Assembly (NCBI GenBank): GCA_963422735.1
Contig: OY730476.1
Location: forward strand, 4,064,001-4,128,000
DNA from: Candidatus Latescibacterota bacterium
GTDB taxonomy: Bacteria; Latescibacterota; UBA2968; UBA8231
Direction: 5' to 3'
DNA length: 64,000 bases
In this document: piece by piece, positions 1 through 9,739 of the stretch
Position numbering within the stretch: position 1 is the stretch's first letter
Layout: each line of letters starts with the position of its first letter
Position numbers and translations under genes: made by a program
Notes under the pieces: model-generated
Database searches by the model: none
The model's input: only the letters and a program-made list of their open reading frames with translations
What the model was told of the DNA's origin: nothing

Positions 1-74
1 CCTATATAAAAGCAAATCAAGAGAGCCGCCGCCAAGAGATTTTTGGCGGCTAAAGTGCGCGGGCAAATTTGTTC

Positions 75-103
75 TTGACAGGGCCTGACGCGCAAAGTAG
101 GTT
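75..103 (+). promoter_or_regulatory. sigma70-type promoter for the M28 peptidase gene
   Basis: TTGACA (75-80), 17-nt spacer, TAGGTT (98-103), 35 nt upstream of ATG 139. Confidence 0.55.
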
Positions 104-138
104 CGCTAACATTTTGTTTCTCAACAAGTAAGCTAGCC

Positions 139-2202
139 ATGAACTTAGTTAAAGGGGCGTTGTGCGCCTCTCTTTTTTTTATCAGTTCCGCCTTGGCTAA
201 TCAGCCCTTGGTCGGTCTGTCTTGGAAAACGCCAGCCGAGCTAACCGCGATCGCCGCGCTGAGCGAGCAGGTGCGCTACGTGGCGCGAAGCGTGGCTTTT
301 GTCGAGGCTAGCGAAGGCGCGATTGAGGAGTTCGCAAAGCGAGGGTTTGCCATCCTCTGTCTCGATAGGCCGCGAGCGGGCGATCGCTACTTTGTTGCCG
401 ATCACCTCCATCTTCCCCTGCCCCAAGGCGTTGGGTTGGTCTTTGCTGGGGGAGGCGAATGGGTGCTCTTGCGCGTGGAGCAGAACGCCCGCTTGCACGA
501 AGCTCCCCATTTCCTTTGGCCGCTGCCCAATAACTACAGCCTAGACGGGTGGTTAGGTGTGCCGAAGCGAGTGCCCAAGGCCATGCAAACAGCCTCGCCG
601 GCTGTGGCCGCCCTTATCGAGGGAGTCGCAGCCGCGCGCTTGCAAGCCCACGTCGAAGCCCTCGCTCTGAAAGACCCGGCGCTGGGCAGCGTCCCGGGCA
701 ACATACGCAGCCGCTTTTCCGTGCATCCAGAAATGCTTGAGTCAACCGAATACATCCGCTCGCAATTGGCCGCGTCCCTCGGCGACGAGGCGGTCGAGCT
801 GCATTCTTTTCCCATTGACTCGCGGCGCGTCATCTCCCACACCTCGCGTCGAGGCAACCCAGTGCAAGCACCAAGCGACACCACCGCGTACAACGTCATC
901 GCCACACTGTCGGGCACTGACCCGGAGGCCGGGTACTACATCGTCTGCGCCCACTACGACGCCACGGGTACGCGCTCGGCCGGGGGTTGGGACTGGCAAC
1001 GCGATCCCGCGCCTGGGGCCGACGACAATGCCACTGGCGTGGCCTTGGTTCTAGAGAGCGCGAGGCTGCTGGCCGGGCAGCACTTTCCTTGGTCCATCCT
1101 ATTTATCGCTTGGTCGGGCGAGGAACTGGGGCTATTGGGCAGCGCGGCGTACGTCGCTTTAGCTGCGGACCGCGAAGACCCGATCCTCGGCGTCCTCAAC
1201 TTTGACATGATCGGCTTCAACGACTTGCAACAGCGGCTGGAGCTGGTGGCGAATCCAAGCTCGCGCTGGCTGGGCGATCAGATGGTGTCCGTGGCCGAAC
1301 GCTACGAGATTGACCTCAACGTCGATCTGCTCGAAGACGGGGGGGCGCGTCTCAGCGACCACGCGCCGTTCTGGTCGCGGGGTTACGACGCCATCCTCGG
1401 CATTGAAAACTACCTGCCTACGGACTCGACGACGTACGGGGTCCGCGAGGGCCGCTACCGCATCAACTCGCAATACCATTCGGTCGTTGACTTGCCCGAC
1501 AGCATCAATTGGGAGCTGGTGCGCCGAACTACCCAGCTAGCCGTGGCGACGTTGGCCGAGTACGGATTGGGAGCTGGTGCGCCGAACTTGGCGGTCTTCA
1601 CCGGCGACCTGCGCGGCGATCGCGCGGACGATCTCCGCGTCCGCGTCAGCAACATCGGGCTGGGTGCAGTCGCCAGCAGCTTCTCGGTGCAAGTTTCGCA
1701 ATGTGCGCTGGACTCCAGCGGGTGCGAGGTCATCCACCGCGCACCCGCTCCAGAGGGGTTGGCTCCGGGCGCGAGCGCGGAATTGCTGATTCCCTATCAG
1801 CGATTTGGCGAGATGGTCTTTTTGGTCGAGGTCGATGCAGAAGGGCAAATTGACGAGGTCAGCGAGGCGGACAACCGCGTTTTCCAGCGCCTGCGTCTAG
1901 TGCCGCAATCAAAGATCGCGGTCTTTCCCAATCCCTTCCGCACCGGCAACGGCAGCGCACTCCGCTTCAGCGGTGTGCCCCTCAAATCCGCGGTGCGGGT
2001 CTTTGGGCCGGCGGGTGAACTGGTATGGGAAGCGATTGAGGACGACGACGCGCAACGGCGTTTGGGGGCCGTGGCCAACGAGGTGCTGTGGTACGGAGTC
2101 AACCACACCAACACACCGGTCGGCAACGGCGTCTATATCTACGCGATCCACTCCCCCGAAGGCACCCTGCTGATGAGGGACAAAATCGCAGTCGTGCGCT
2201 GA
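139..2202 (+). CDS. secreted M28-family metallopeptidase with CARDB-like and C-terminal FlgD-Ig/T9SS-like domain
   Basis: Signal peptide; Zn motifs AHYD, GADDNATG, GEELGL, NFDMIG, SDH, YHS; CARDB-like VDAEGQIDEVSEADN; tail VFPNPF...GNGVYIY...KIAVVR. Confidence 0.85.
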   Translation: MNLVKGALCASLFFISSALANQPLVGLSWKTPAELTAIAALSEQVRYVARSVAFVEASEGAIEEFAKRGFAILCLDRPRAGDRYFVADHLHLPLPQGVGLVFAGGGEWVLLRVEQNARLHEAPHFLWPLPNNYSLDGWLGVPKRVPKAMQTASPAVAALIEGVAAARLQAHVEALALKDPALGSVPGNIRSRFSVHPEMLESTEYIRSQLAASLGDEAVELHSFPIDSRRVISHTSRRGNPVQAPSDTTAYNVIATLSGTDPEAGYYIVCAHYDATGTRSAGGWDWQRDPAPGADDNATGVALVLESARLLAGQHFPWSILFIAWSGEELGLLGSAAYVALAADREDPILGVLNFDMIGFNDLQQRLELVANPSSRWLGDQMVSVAERYEIDLNVDLLEDGGARLSDHAPFWSRGYDAILGIENYLPTDSTTYGVREGRYRINSQYHSVVDLPDSINWELVRRTTQLAVATLAEYGLGAGAPNLAVFTGDLRGDRADDLRVRVSNIGLGAVASSFSVQVSQCALDSSGCEVIHRAPAPEGLAPGASAELLIPYQRFGEMVFLVEVDAEGQIDEVSEADNRVFQRLRLVPQSKIAVFPNPFRTGNGSALRFSGVPLKSAVRVFGPAGELVWEAIEDDDAQRRLGAVANEVLWYGVNHTNTPVGNGVYIYAIHSPEGTLLMRDKIAVVR
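1508..1588. repeat. exact 23-bp direct repeat inside the CDS
   Basis: ATTGGGAGCTGGTGCGCCGAACT at 1508-1530 and 1566-1588. Confidence 0.9.
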
Positions 2203-2220
2203 CGCAAAAGAAGGCTTGCC

Positions 2221-2740
2221 ATGGGAACCATCAACAATCTTGTGACAGCCGCTCGTCTCATGGAGCAGCAAGGCGATGGCTACCGCTGTGAACTGATTCG
2301 CGGGGAGGTAGTAAGGATGAGCCCGACAGGAAGCAAACACGGCGTCATTGCCCATCGCATAGGGCGTTGGGCTGGAGTTTACCGCGGAAATCGGATTCAA
2401 ACTGGCGACCAATCCCGACACAGTGCGCGCGGCCGATGTCGCCCTCGTGCTAAATGAGCGCCTCCCCGCTACGGGCGTACCCGACGGCTTCTGGGAAGAT
2501 GCTCCAGACTTGGCGGTGGAAGTGCTCTCCCCCAATGACAGCGCGGGCGACGTGTTGGATAAGGTGCGCGATCATCCCGCTGCCGGCGCGGATCAAATGT
2601 GGATCGCAGACCCCAAGAACAGCGCGATTTCCGCGTACAGGTCGTTGCAGGATGTGCAGGTGCTGACAAAGCAGGAGACGTTAGAAGGGATGGGAGCCGT
2701 AGCGGGCTTCACGTGCGAGATCGGAGAGTTTTTCGCCTAG
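2221..2740 (+). pseudogene. Uma2-family endonuclease, frameshifted
   Basis: N-half RCELIRGEVVRMSPTGSKHG (frame of 2221) and C-half TAEIGFKL...PDTVRAADVA...APDLAVEVLSPND (frame of 2423) are in different frames; junction near 2365. Confidence 0.8.
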
Positions 2741-2760
2741 CTAATGAAGAGGAACTTGTA

Positions 2761-3396
2761 ATGTGCGCAATTTTGTGGGATAACGATGGCGTGCTGGTAG
2801 ATACCGAGGGGCTGTACTTTCAGGCGGGGCGGGAGATCTTGGCAACACAGGGAATGGAGTTGACGCAGAAGGATTTTGTTGAACAGTCGTTGCAAAAGGG
2901 GCAAAGTGTATTTGATCTATTGCCCAATCGAGATGCTGAATTAATAGATCGGTTGCGCTTGCAGCGCAACGCGCGCTACAGTGCGTTGTTGCGGGAACGT
3001 GTGCGGGTTTTGGATGGGGTGGTGGAGACGCTCAGGACATTACACGGGCGCGTGTTCATGGGGGTGGTGACCGGGTCGCGGAAAGATCACTTTGATATCA
3101 TTCACGCCCAGACGAATTTGCTCCAGTTTTTCGAGTTTGTGGTCACGCGGGAAGATTACAAAGAAGCAAAGCCACATCCCGATGCGTATTTGACGGCCAT
3201 GCGACTGCATGGGCTAACGCCCGAGGCATGTGTCGTCGTGGAGGATTCTGAGCGGGGATGCGCTGCGGCAGCAAAGGCTGGGTTGCGCGTACTGGTCGTG
3301 CCGAATGCGTTGTCGCAAGACGGAGATTTTTCACCCGCGTACAAAGTACTAGGATCAGTGCGAGAGGTGGTGGACGAAGTGGAGAGATTGTGCTGA
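2761..3396 (+). CDS. HAD-family phosphatase (beta-PGM-like)
   Basis: WDNDGVLVDTE motif I, KPHPD, VEDS; ATG 2761 preceded by GAGGAA. Confidence 0.85.
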   Translation: MCAILWDNDGVLVDTEGLYFQAGREILATQGMELTQKDFVEQSLQKGQSVFDLLPNRDAELIDRLRLQRNARYSALLRERVRVLDGVVETLRTLHGRVFMGVVTGSRKDHFDIIHAQTNLLQFFEFVVTREDYKEAKPHPDAYLTAMRLHGLTPEACVVVEDSERGCAAAAKAGLRVLVVPNALSQDGDFSPAYKVLGSVREVVDEVERLC

Positions 3397-3430
3397 CGGT
3401 TTTTGGGCCCAACCATGAGATCTTCCCAGC

Positions 3431-4126
3431 TCAGTTCCCCAACGGACAATCCGCACACCGCTCCCCCGTCCCACAAAATTCCAATTCACACCTCAGCAGC
3501 GCGTCCACGTGCCGCTTCGAGTCGGCTGGATAGCGCAGCGTCCCTTCCAAGCAGAAGCCGCTGACCAAAGAGCGCAGCAGGGCAAAGCGCGTCTCGCGAT
3601 CCGCGACTTTTGTTCGCACCCGCTGGCGCACCTCGGCCAAGCAGTCGAGGTACGAAGTGAATTCCTGGTCGAAAATTTCTTCGAGATCTTGCCGCAAGCG
3701 ACTGGATAATGCAGGACTGGCGTTGGAGGTAGAGATGCTCAGCCGCAAATGGCCCGGATGCACCAAGGCGACCATACCAAAGTTGGAATAGGCCGGGTTG
3801 TCGTAGGAGTTGATCAGGACCTTGTGCGCCAAAGCAAGTTCGAACACCCGCGTCGTTAGCGCACCGTCGCGCACGGTGTTCAGCACCAAGAAGACGCCAT
3901 CGAGATCGCGCTCGGCAAAGCGGCGCGGGTAGTGAGTGAGGCGGCCGGCTGCGGCCCATTCGACGAGCGCGGGCGTCGCGCTTGGGCTTACCACCGTCAA
4001 CCGCGCACCGGCGGCTAGCAAGCGACCGGACTTGTCTTCGGCCTCGCGCCCGCCGCCGATGACCAAGCAGGGCTGCTCCATCACGTCGAGCCCCACCTGG
4101 AAATAGGGATTGAGCAAATCGATCAC
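3431..4126 (-). CDS. precorrin-2 dehydrogenase/sirohydrochlorin ferrochelatase (CysG N-terminal/SirC-like) with Cys-rich tail
   Basis: CLVIGGG..AEDK, LTVVSP, ISISTSNASPAL; C-terminal CELEFCGTGERCADCPL. Confidence 0.8.
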   Translation of the reverse strand: MIDLLNPYFQVGLDVMEQPCLVIGGGREAEDKSGRLLAAGARLTVVSPSATPALVEWAAAGRLTHYPRRFAERDLDGVFLVLNTVRDGALTTRVFELALAHKVLINSYDNPAYSNFGMVALVHPGHLRLSISTSNASPALSSRLRQDLEEIFDQEFTSYLDCLAEVRQRVRTKVADRETRFALLRSLVSGFCLEGTLRYPADSKRHVDALLRCELEFCGTGERCADCPLGN

Positions 4127-4545
4127 GCGCCCGAATCGCCGCTTAGGGCCGCGTAGCCTTTGTCGTCGCTAGTGCCGAATTCCACCGGAAAGCCGAGGTC
4201 CAGCCAGCCGCGCTCGGTGCGCGATCCACCAAAACCGGCGGTGACATTGGCCACATCCGTAAAGCCCGCGGCGACAAGAGCTTCACAAGCGCGCATTGAG
4301 CGAGCACCCGACTGGCAGCCGACGAGCAATTTGGCGGACGTGGCAAAATGGGCTTGGACGACCTGAATGAAATCGGGATTGGGAACCATGCCCACGGCGT
4401 GGCGTTGCATGATTGGGATGTTGAACGCGCCGGCCGGATGGCCGCTCTCGTATTCGGGGATGGAGCGGACGTCGATATAGATCGCGCCCGCGTCGCCTGC
4501 GAGCCGTTCCTTCGCTTCGGTGGGACTGACGTTTTGATAGCTCAC
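4123..4545 (-). CDS. rhodanese-like domain protein
   Basis: YIDVRSIPEYESGHPAGAFNIP, active-site CQSGARS; GTG 4545 with GGAG RBS; 4-nt overlap with the downstream gene. Confidence 0.85.
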   Translation of the reverse strand: MSYQNVSPTEAKERLAGDAGAIYIDVRSIPEYESGHPAGAFNIPIMQRHAVGMVPNPDFIQVVQAHFATSAKLLVGCQSGARSMRACEALVAAGFTDVANVTAGFGGSRTERGWLDLGFPVEFGTSDDKGYAALSGDSGA

Positions 4546-4596
4546 GATGTCTCCGTTTGACAATGTTCACTTTGCAGAGTTGGATTACTACATAAG

Positions 4597-4723
4597 GTAA
4601 TGCACTACTTTCGCCCTCTACAAGCCCACAGACCCCGGAAAATCAGCAAGACTTGTAAAGCACGACGTTGAGTAATGCACTACTTTCCTACCATTTGCCC
4701 TCTACAAGCCCACAGATTCCGGA
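4597..4723. repeat. tandem imperfect duplication in a divergent promoter region
   Basis: GTAATGCACTACTTTC at 4597-4612 and 4672-4687; GCCCTCTACAAGCCCACAGA at 4613-4632 and 4697-4716. Confidence 0.85.
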
Positions 4724-4734
4724 GGAAGACGATT

Positions 4735-5847
4735 TTGAACGCATGGCACAGTGCAGGCGTACTATTGTTGGCAGCAGCTTTGGGGGCTTGCGGCGCACAA
4801 GAGGGGCAGCAAGGCGAGGAAGATCACTCGGACCCAGCAGCTCAAGCCGACAGCACGGCCGCCGATAGCCTATCCAAGCCCATAGAAGCGGTGCCCGTCG
4901 AAGTCGCCCTCGCACACACGGGAGAGATTTCCGCGCACCTGCTCTTCAACTCGACAATCGAAACCGAGGCGGCCGTCGAGATTTACCCCCAAATCAGCGG
5001 CCTCGTCAAACACCTCAGAGTTGAGGAGGGCGACCGCGTCGAAGTGGGTGATACCCTCCTCCACATCGAGGACAAGCAGTTGCGCATCGCCGCTGAGGAA
5101 GCCCGCGCCAACTACCACTATCAGCAGACCGGCTTCAAGCGCACCGAGGCCATGTTTGAGCGCAACCTCATCAGCGACCAAGAGTTCGAGACCACCAAAT
5201 ACAACTTTGAACAATCCCGCCTCCGGCTAGAGCGAGCTCGCCTAAACCTAGAATACGCAGAAATCATCGCGCCGTTTTCCGGCGTGATCACCGAGCGTTA
5301 CGTGCAAGTCGGCGCCCGGGTGGGACCGAGTAGCAAGCTCTACGACCTAATCAAGCTCGACGATCTGATCGCCCGCGTCTTTGCGCCCGGCCAGTACCTC
5401 ACCACCATCGGCAGCGGCCAGCAGGCCCTTATCACCTCGGAGTTTTTGCCCGACAAGCAGTTCCACGGCTGGGTCAAGCGCATCAGCCCCGTAGTCGATC
5501 CCAAAAGCGGCACCTTCAAGGTCACGGTGGGCTTGCGCGACCGCTGGAAGTTCTTGCGGCCCGGCCTCTTCGTCAACGTGCGCATCGTCACCGCCACGCA
5601 CACCGACGCCGTGTTAATACCCAAACAGGCGATCGTGTACGACGGCAGCGACCGGTTCGTGTTCGCCGTCAAGGACACCGCGGCCGCGCGGATCAAGTTG
5701 CAGCCTGGGTTCGAGGAGACCGACTTTATCGAGTCACTCGCCGGCATTGACTCCGGAACCCCGATCATCGTCGTCGGCCAGAACGGCCTCAAGGACAGTA
5801 CGCGGGTGCGCGTGGTCAACTCAGCCGACGACGCGGGCCAAGGCTAG
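4735..5847 (+). CDS. RND efflux periplasmic adaptor (MFP) lipoprotein
   Basis: Lipobox LGAC; VEEGDRV, IIAPFSGVI, ISPVVDPKSGT; TTG 4735 after GGAGG. Confidence 0.85.
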   Translation: MNAWHSAGVLLLAAALGACGAQEGQQGEEDHSDPAAQADSTAADSLSKPIEAVPVEVALAHTGEISAHLLFNSTIETEAAVEIYPQISGLVKHLRVEEGDRVEVGDTLLHIEDKQLRIAAEEARANYHYQQTGFKRTEAMFERNLISDQEFETTKYNFEQSRLRLERARLNLEYAEIIAPFSGVITERYVQVGARVGPSSKLYDLIKLDDLIARVFAPGQYLTTIGSGQQALITSEFLPDKQFHGWVKRISPVVDPKSGTFKVTVGLRDRWKFLRPGLFVNVRIVTATHTDAVLIPKQAIVYDGSDRFVFAVKDTAAARIKLQPGFEETDFIESLAGIDSGTPIIVVGQNGLKDSTRVRVVNSADDAGQG

Positions 5848-5851
5848 GCCC

Positions 5852-8800
5852 GTGCAGCAGCCTGTTAATACATCTCGCTTCGCTATTGCAACTAGGCGGC
5901 CAGTCGCCATCCTCATGGTGGTGCTGGCCGTCTGCGTTTTCGGCTGGGTTTCCTATCAGCGGCTCTCGCTGAACCTGATGCCCGACATTTCCTACCCGAC
6001 CCTGACGGTGCGCACCGAATATCCGGGCACGGCACCGGAGGAAGTCGAGACCCTACTCTCCCGCCCTTTGGAGCAGGAGTTGGGCATTGTGCCTCACCTC
6101 GTCAACATCAGCTCAATCTCCAAGGCCGGGCAGTCGGACATCATCCTCGAATTTGAATGGGACACCGACATGAACGCGATGTCCCAAGAGATCCGCGAGA
6201 AGGCCGACCGCGTCTGGTTGCCCCAAGATGCCGAGAAACCTCTTCTGCTGCGCTACGATCCTTCCCTAGACCCGATCATGCGCCTCGGCCTACACGGTCC
6301 GCAGGACCTCTACGCGCTGCGCTACCTTGCCGAGCACGAAATCAAGCGCGAACTGGAGTCGCTGGCCGGGGTGGCGGCGATCAAGATCAAGGGCGGCTTG
6401 GAGGAGGAGATCCACGTCGCGCTCAACGAGCGCCAGATCTCGGTGATGGGCCTAGACATCAACCAGATAAACAATCGCCTCGCCCAAAACAACGTCAATT
6501 TGCCCGGCGGCAACTTGCGCGAGGGCCAAGTCGAGTACCTAATCCGCACGCTCAACGAATTCGCCACAATCGATGAGATCGCCGAGTTGATCGTGGCGCG
6601 GCACGGCGACGCCGATGTTTATCTGCGCGATATCGCCGAGGTCGTCCGCTCGTACAAGGACCGCGAGATCATCACCCGGGTCAACGGCCGCGAGAGCGTC
6701 GAGATCGAGATCTACAAGGAAGCCGACGCCAATATCGTCGCCGTCGCCGAAAGGGTTCGCAATACGCTCTTCGGCTTGCCAGAGCAGCGCGCGTACGTGG
6801 AGCGCAAGGCCCGGGAAGCCCAAGAAGTGCAGAGCGAGGAGCAAAAAAGGCAAGAGAGAGAGGAGGCGCGAAAAAAGCAAGAGGCTGGAAAAGCCGATTC
6901 AACAAAGAACGACGAGGAGCAACAAAAGGAGCTACAGGCGAAGAAGCAGGAGGCGGCCCGCAAGGCGATGGAGCATTTGCGGATGACCGACTTCATCGGC
7001 CACCGCCTGCCCCGAGGTGCCAAGCTGGAGTTGCTGTCCGATCAGTCGGGTTTTATCAAGAATTCAATCACCGAGGTCCAAAGCAACGCGATCATCGGTG
7101 GGGCGATGGCCGTGCTAGTGCTCTTTGTGTTTTTGCGCAACGTGGTCCACACCCTGATCGTCGGCCTGACGATCCCGGTGTCGATCATGGCTACCTTCGC
7201 GCCGATGTACATGTTCGACGTGTCGCTCAATATCATGTCGCTCGGTGGGTTGGCCCTCGGAATCGGGATGCTGGTCGATAACTCGATCGTGGTGTTGGAA
7301 AGCATCTTCCGCTGTCGGGAGGAAGGGGACGATTTGGTCCAGGCCACCGTCCGCGGCACCGGCGAGGTCGGGGGCGCGGTGTTCGCCTCGACGCTGACGA
7401 CGATCACGGTGTTTTTTCCCATCGTATTCGTCGAGGGCGTGGCCGGGCAGATCTTCGGCGATATGGCGCTGACGGTCGTGTTCTCGCTATTGGCCTCGTT
7501 GGGGGTGGCGCTGTTTTTCATCCCCATGCTGGCCTCGCGCCAACTCAACCGCCAAGGTGGGTTGGCCGAGCAAATCGGCCGCAGCGACTTTCTGCGCTTA
7601 CAGGCACTGAGCCGGGCCCGCTCGGTATTCAGCGAGCCGGGGAGCCGGTGGCACAAGGCGGCTCAGGTGGCCCTTTCGCTGCCCTACTTAGTCGGCGAAG
7701 TGCTGTTGCGGGTGGGGCTGGCCGCGGCGACCCTCGCGGCGGCGGTACTCAAAGGTGCCTTCCTCTTCGTCTGCGAGCTGTTGTGGTGGCTGATCAAACC
7801 CGTCGAGTACTTCTGGCTCAAGCGCGAGCGGACCTTTCAGAGTTGGTTGGGTGCTTGGGCCGCGGAAAGCCGCATCGGCAAGTGGACCTTCTTCGAGCGC
7901 GTCTGGCCGGATATTCTTGCCTTTGAGTCGCCGCGCATCCTCGGCGCGACTGTGCAGCGCTACTGGCACTGGGTGAACAGGTCCGAGCACCTAGTGTGGA
8001 AGGCACTCAAAGTCTTGTCGCTACCGCTGGCGATGGTCTATTTGGTGGCCGTGAGCTTCGCCTTGGGTACGGTGCTCAGACTGGTGGGCATCGTCCTGCA
8101 CATAGTGCTGATGCTCGTCGGGCTGGTGCTGGTGTTGGTGCTGTGTCTGCTAGGCATGGTGCTGATGCCGGTCTTTTTGCCACTGCTCTTTGTGTTTGAA
8201 CGCGGCTTCGGGCTGGTGCAGCAGGCCTATCCAGCCCTTTTGGGCTGGGCACTCAGGCGGCGGTTGCTGATTATCGGCAGTGCCCTAGCCGCCCTGTTGG
8301 TCTGCTGGTACAAGCTCCTGCCCGAGCTGGGCACCGAGCTGATTCCCCAAGTCCACCAAGCTGAATTCAACCTCGACCTCAGGCTGCCGGTAGGTACGCC
8401 GCTAAAAGACACCGCCGAGATCGTGCGCCAGATCGAAGGGCTCGCCGTCAAACAGCCCCAAGTCGCGCGAGTGGCGACGACGGTAGGTACCGATCGTTCG
8501 GCCAGTTCCTCGGCGGAAGAGGGTGAGCACACCGCCCAAGTAACGGTTCGCATGCAGGAGGGGTCCAGCGCCGTGCAAGAGACCGCGTTGATCCGGCGTT
8601 TGCGGGACGCGGTTGACGATATCCCCGAAATTGAGGTCGAAGTCTCGCACCCGGCGCTGTTCAGCTTCAAGACGCCAATCGAGGTCGAGGTCCGCGGCTA
8701 CAATCTGCGCCAGTTGCGCCAGTTGAGCTTAGAGGCCGAGTCGCGGATGGCTGGCTTGCCCGGACTAGTCGACGTCAAATCGTCGCTGCAAGCGGGCAAT

Positions 8801-9730
8801 CCCGAGCTCCAGATCAGCTACAAGCGCGACCAACTCGCGGTCTATGGCCTGTCGCTGCGCAATGTCGCCGAACTGGTGCGCCACAAGGTGCAGGGCAAGG
8901 TCGCCACTGACTTCCGCCAAGACGAACGCCAGATCGACGTGCTGGTGCGGCTGCGCGAGGAGGATCGCTTGGGGCTTGACGAGCTGCGGCGGCTGGTGAT
9001 CAATCCCAATGCGCCGATTCCGATTCCGCTTTCCGCGGTGGCCGATATCCGAGTCAACGAGGGACCGAGCGAGATCCGCCGCATTGACCAGCAGCGCGCC
9101 GCGGTGGTCACGGCTAATATCCAAGGCGTCGATCTGGGCACGGCCTCGGGCCAGATCCACGACGAACTGGGGAGAGTGGACTTCCCGGTGGGTTTCGACT
9201 TTATGATCAGCGGCCAAAACGAGGAGATGGAGACCTCGTTGCAGAGTCTCTACTTTGCCTTAATACTGGCGATCTTCCTCGTCTATGTGGTAATGGCCAG
9301 CCAATTCGAGTCGCTGGTGCATCCCTTCATCATCATGTTCACGGTACCCTTGGCGCTAATCGGCGTGGTGGTAGCGCTCTATCTGGCGCAGGTATCTCTG
9401 AGCGTAGTGGTCTTTATCGGCTTGATTATGTTGGCCGGCATCGTCGTCAACAACGCCATCGTGCTCATTGACTATATCAACACCTTGCGCCGCACCGGCA
9501 TGGAGAAAACCGAGGCCATTATCCAGGCCGGTGCCGTGCGGCTGCGCCCGATTGCCATGACCACTGCGACGACGGTCTTGGGCCTCCTGCCGATGGCCTT
9601 GGGACTGGGCGAAGGGGCCGAGATTCGCACGCCGATGGCCCTGACTGTAATCGCCGGCCTCGTCTCTTCCACCTTCCTCACCCTCGTGGTGATCCCAACT
9701 GTGTATTCACTGGTCGATCGCCGGGCCTAG
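5852..9730 (+). CDS. RND efflux permease (AcrB/AcrD/AcrF family) with large insertions
   Basis: RRPVA, MPDISYP, GMLVDNSIVVLE, VVNNAIVLID, RLRPIAMTT; start uncertain (GTG 5852). Confidence 0.85.
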   Translation: MQQPVNTSRFAIATRRPVAILMVVLAVCVFGWVSYQRLSLNLMPDISYPTLTVRTEYPGTAPEEVETLLSRPLEQELGIVPHLVNISSISKAGQSDIILEFEWDTDMNAMSQEIREKADRVWLPQDAEKPLLLRYDPSLDPIMRLGLHGPQDLYALRYLAEHEIKRELESLAGVAAIKIKGGLEEEIHVALNERQISVMGLDINQINNRLAQNNVNLPGGNLREGQVEYLIRTLNEFATIDEIAELIVARHGDADVYLRDIAEVVRSYKDREIITRVNGRESVEIEIYKEADANIVAVAERVRNTLFGLPEQRAYVERKAREAQEVQSEEQKRQEREEARKKQEAGKADSTKNDEEQQKELQAKKQEAARKAMEHLRMTDFIGHRLPRGAKLELLSDQSGFIKNSITEVQSNAIIGGAMAVLVLFVFLRNVVHTLIVGLTIPVSIMATFAPMYMFDVSLNIMSLGGLALGIGMLVDNSIVVLESIFRCREEGDDLVQATVRGTGEVGGAVFASTLTTITVFFPIVFVEGVAGQIFGDMALTVVFSLLASLGVALFFIPMLASRQLNRQGGLAEQIGRSDFLRLQALSRARSVFSEPGSRWHKAAQVALSLPYLVGEVLLRVGLAAATLAAAVLKGAFLFVCELLWWLIKPVEYFWLKRERTFQSWLGAWAAESRIGKWTFFERVWPDILAFESPRILGATVQRYWHWVNRSEHLVWKALKVLSLPLAMVYLVAVSFALGTVLRLVGIVLHIVLMLVGLVLVLVLCLLGMVLMPVFLPLLFVFERGFGLVQQAYPALLGWALRRRLLIIGSALAALLVCWYKLLPELGTELIPQVHQAEFNLDLRLPVGTPLKDTAEIVRQIEGLAVKQPQVARVATTVGTDRSASSSAEEGEHTAQVTVRMQEGSSAVQETALIRRLRDAVDDIPEIEVEVSHPALFSFKTPIEVEVRGYNLRQLRQLSLEAESRMAGLPGLVDVKSSLQAGNPELQISYKRDQLAVYGLSLRNVAELVRHKVQGKVATDFRQDERQIDVLVRLREEDRLGLDELRRLVINPNAPIPIPLSAVADIRVNEGPSEIRRIDQQRAAVVTANIQGVDLGTASGQIHDELGRVDFPVGFDFMISGQNEEMETSLQSLYFALILAIFLVYVVMASQFESLVHPFIIMFTVPLALIGVVVALYLAQVSLSVVVFIGLIMLAGIVVNNAIVLIDYINTLRRTGMEKTEAIIQAGAVRLRPIAMTTATTVLGLLPMALGLGEGAEIRTPMALTVIAGLVSSTFLTLVVIPTVYSLVDRRA

Positions 9731-9739
9731 GAGGAACCG

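Noticed and set aside
1508-1588. CRISPR-like repeat-spacer-repeat
   Set aside because: It lies inside an intact conserved CDS and has only two copies.
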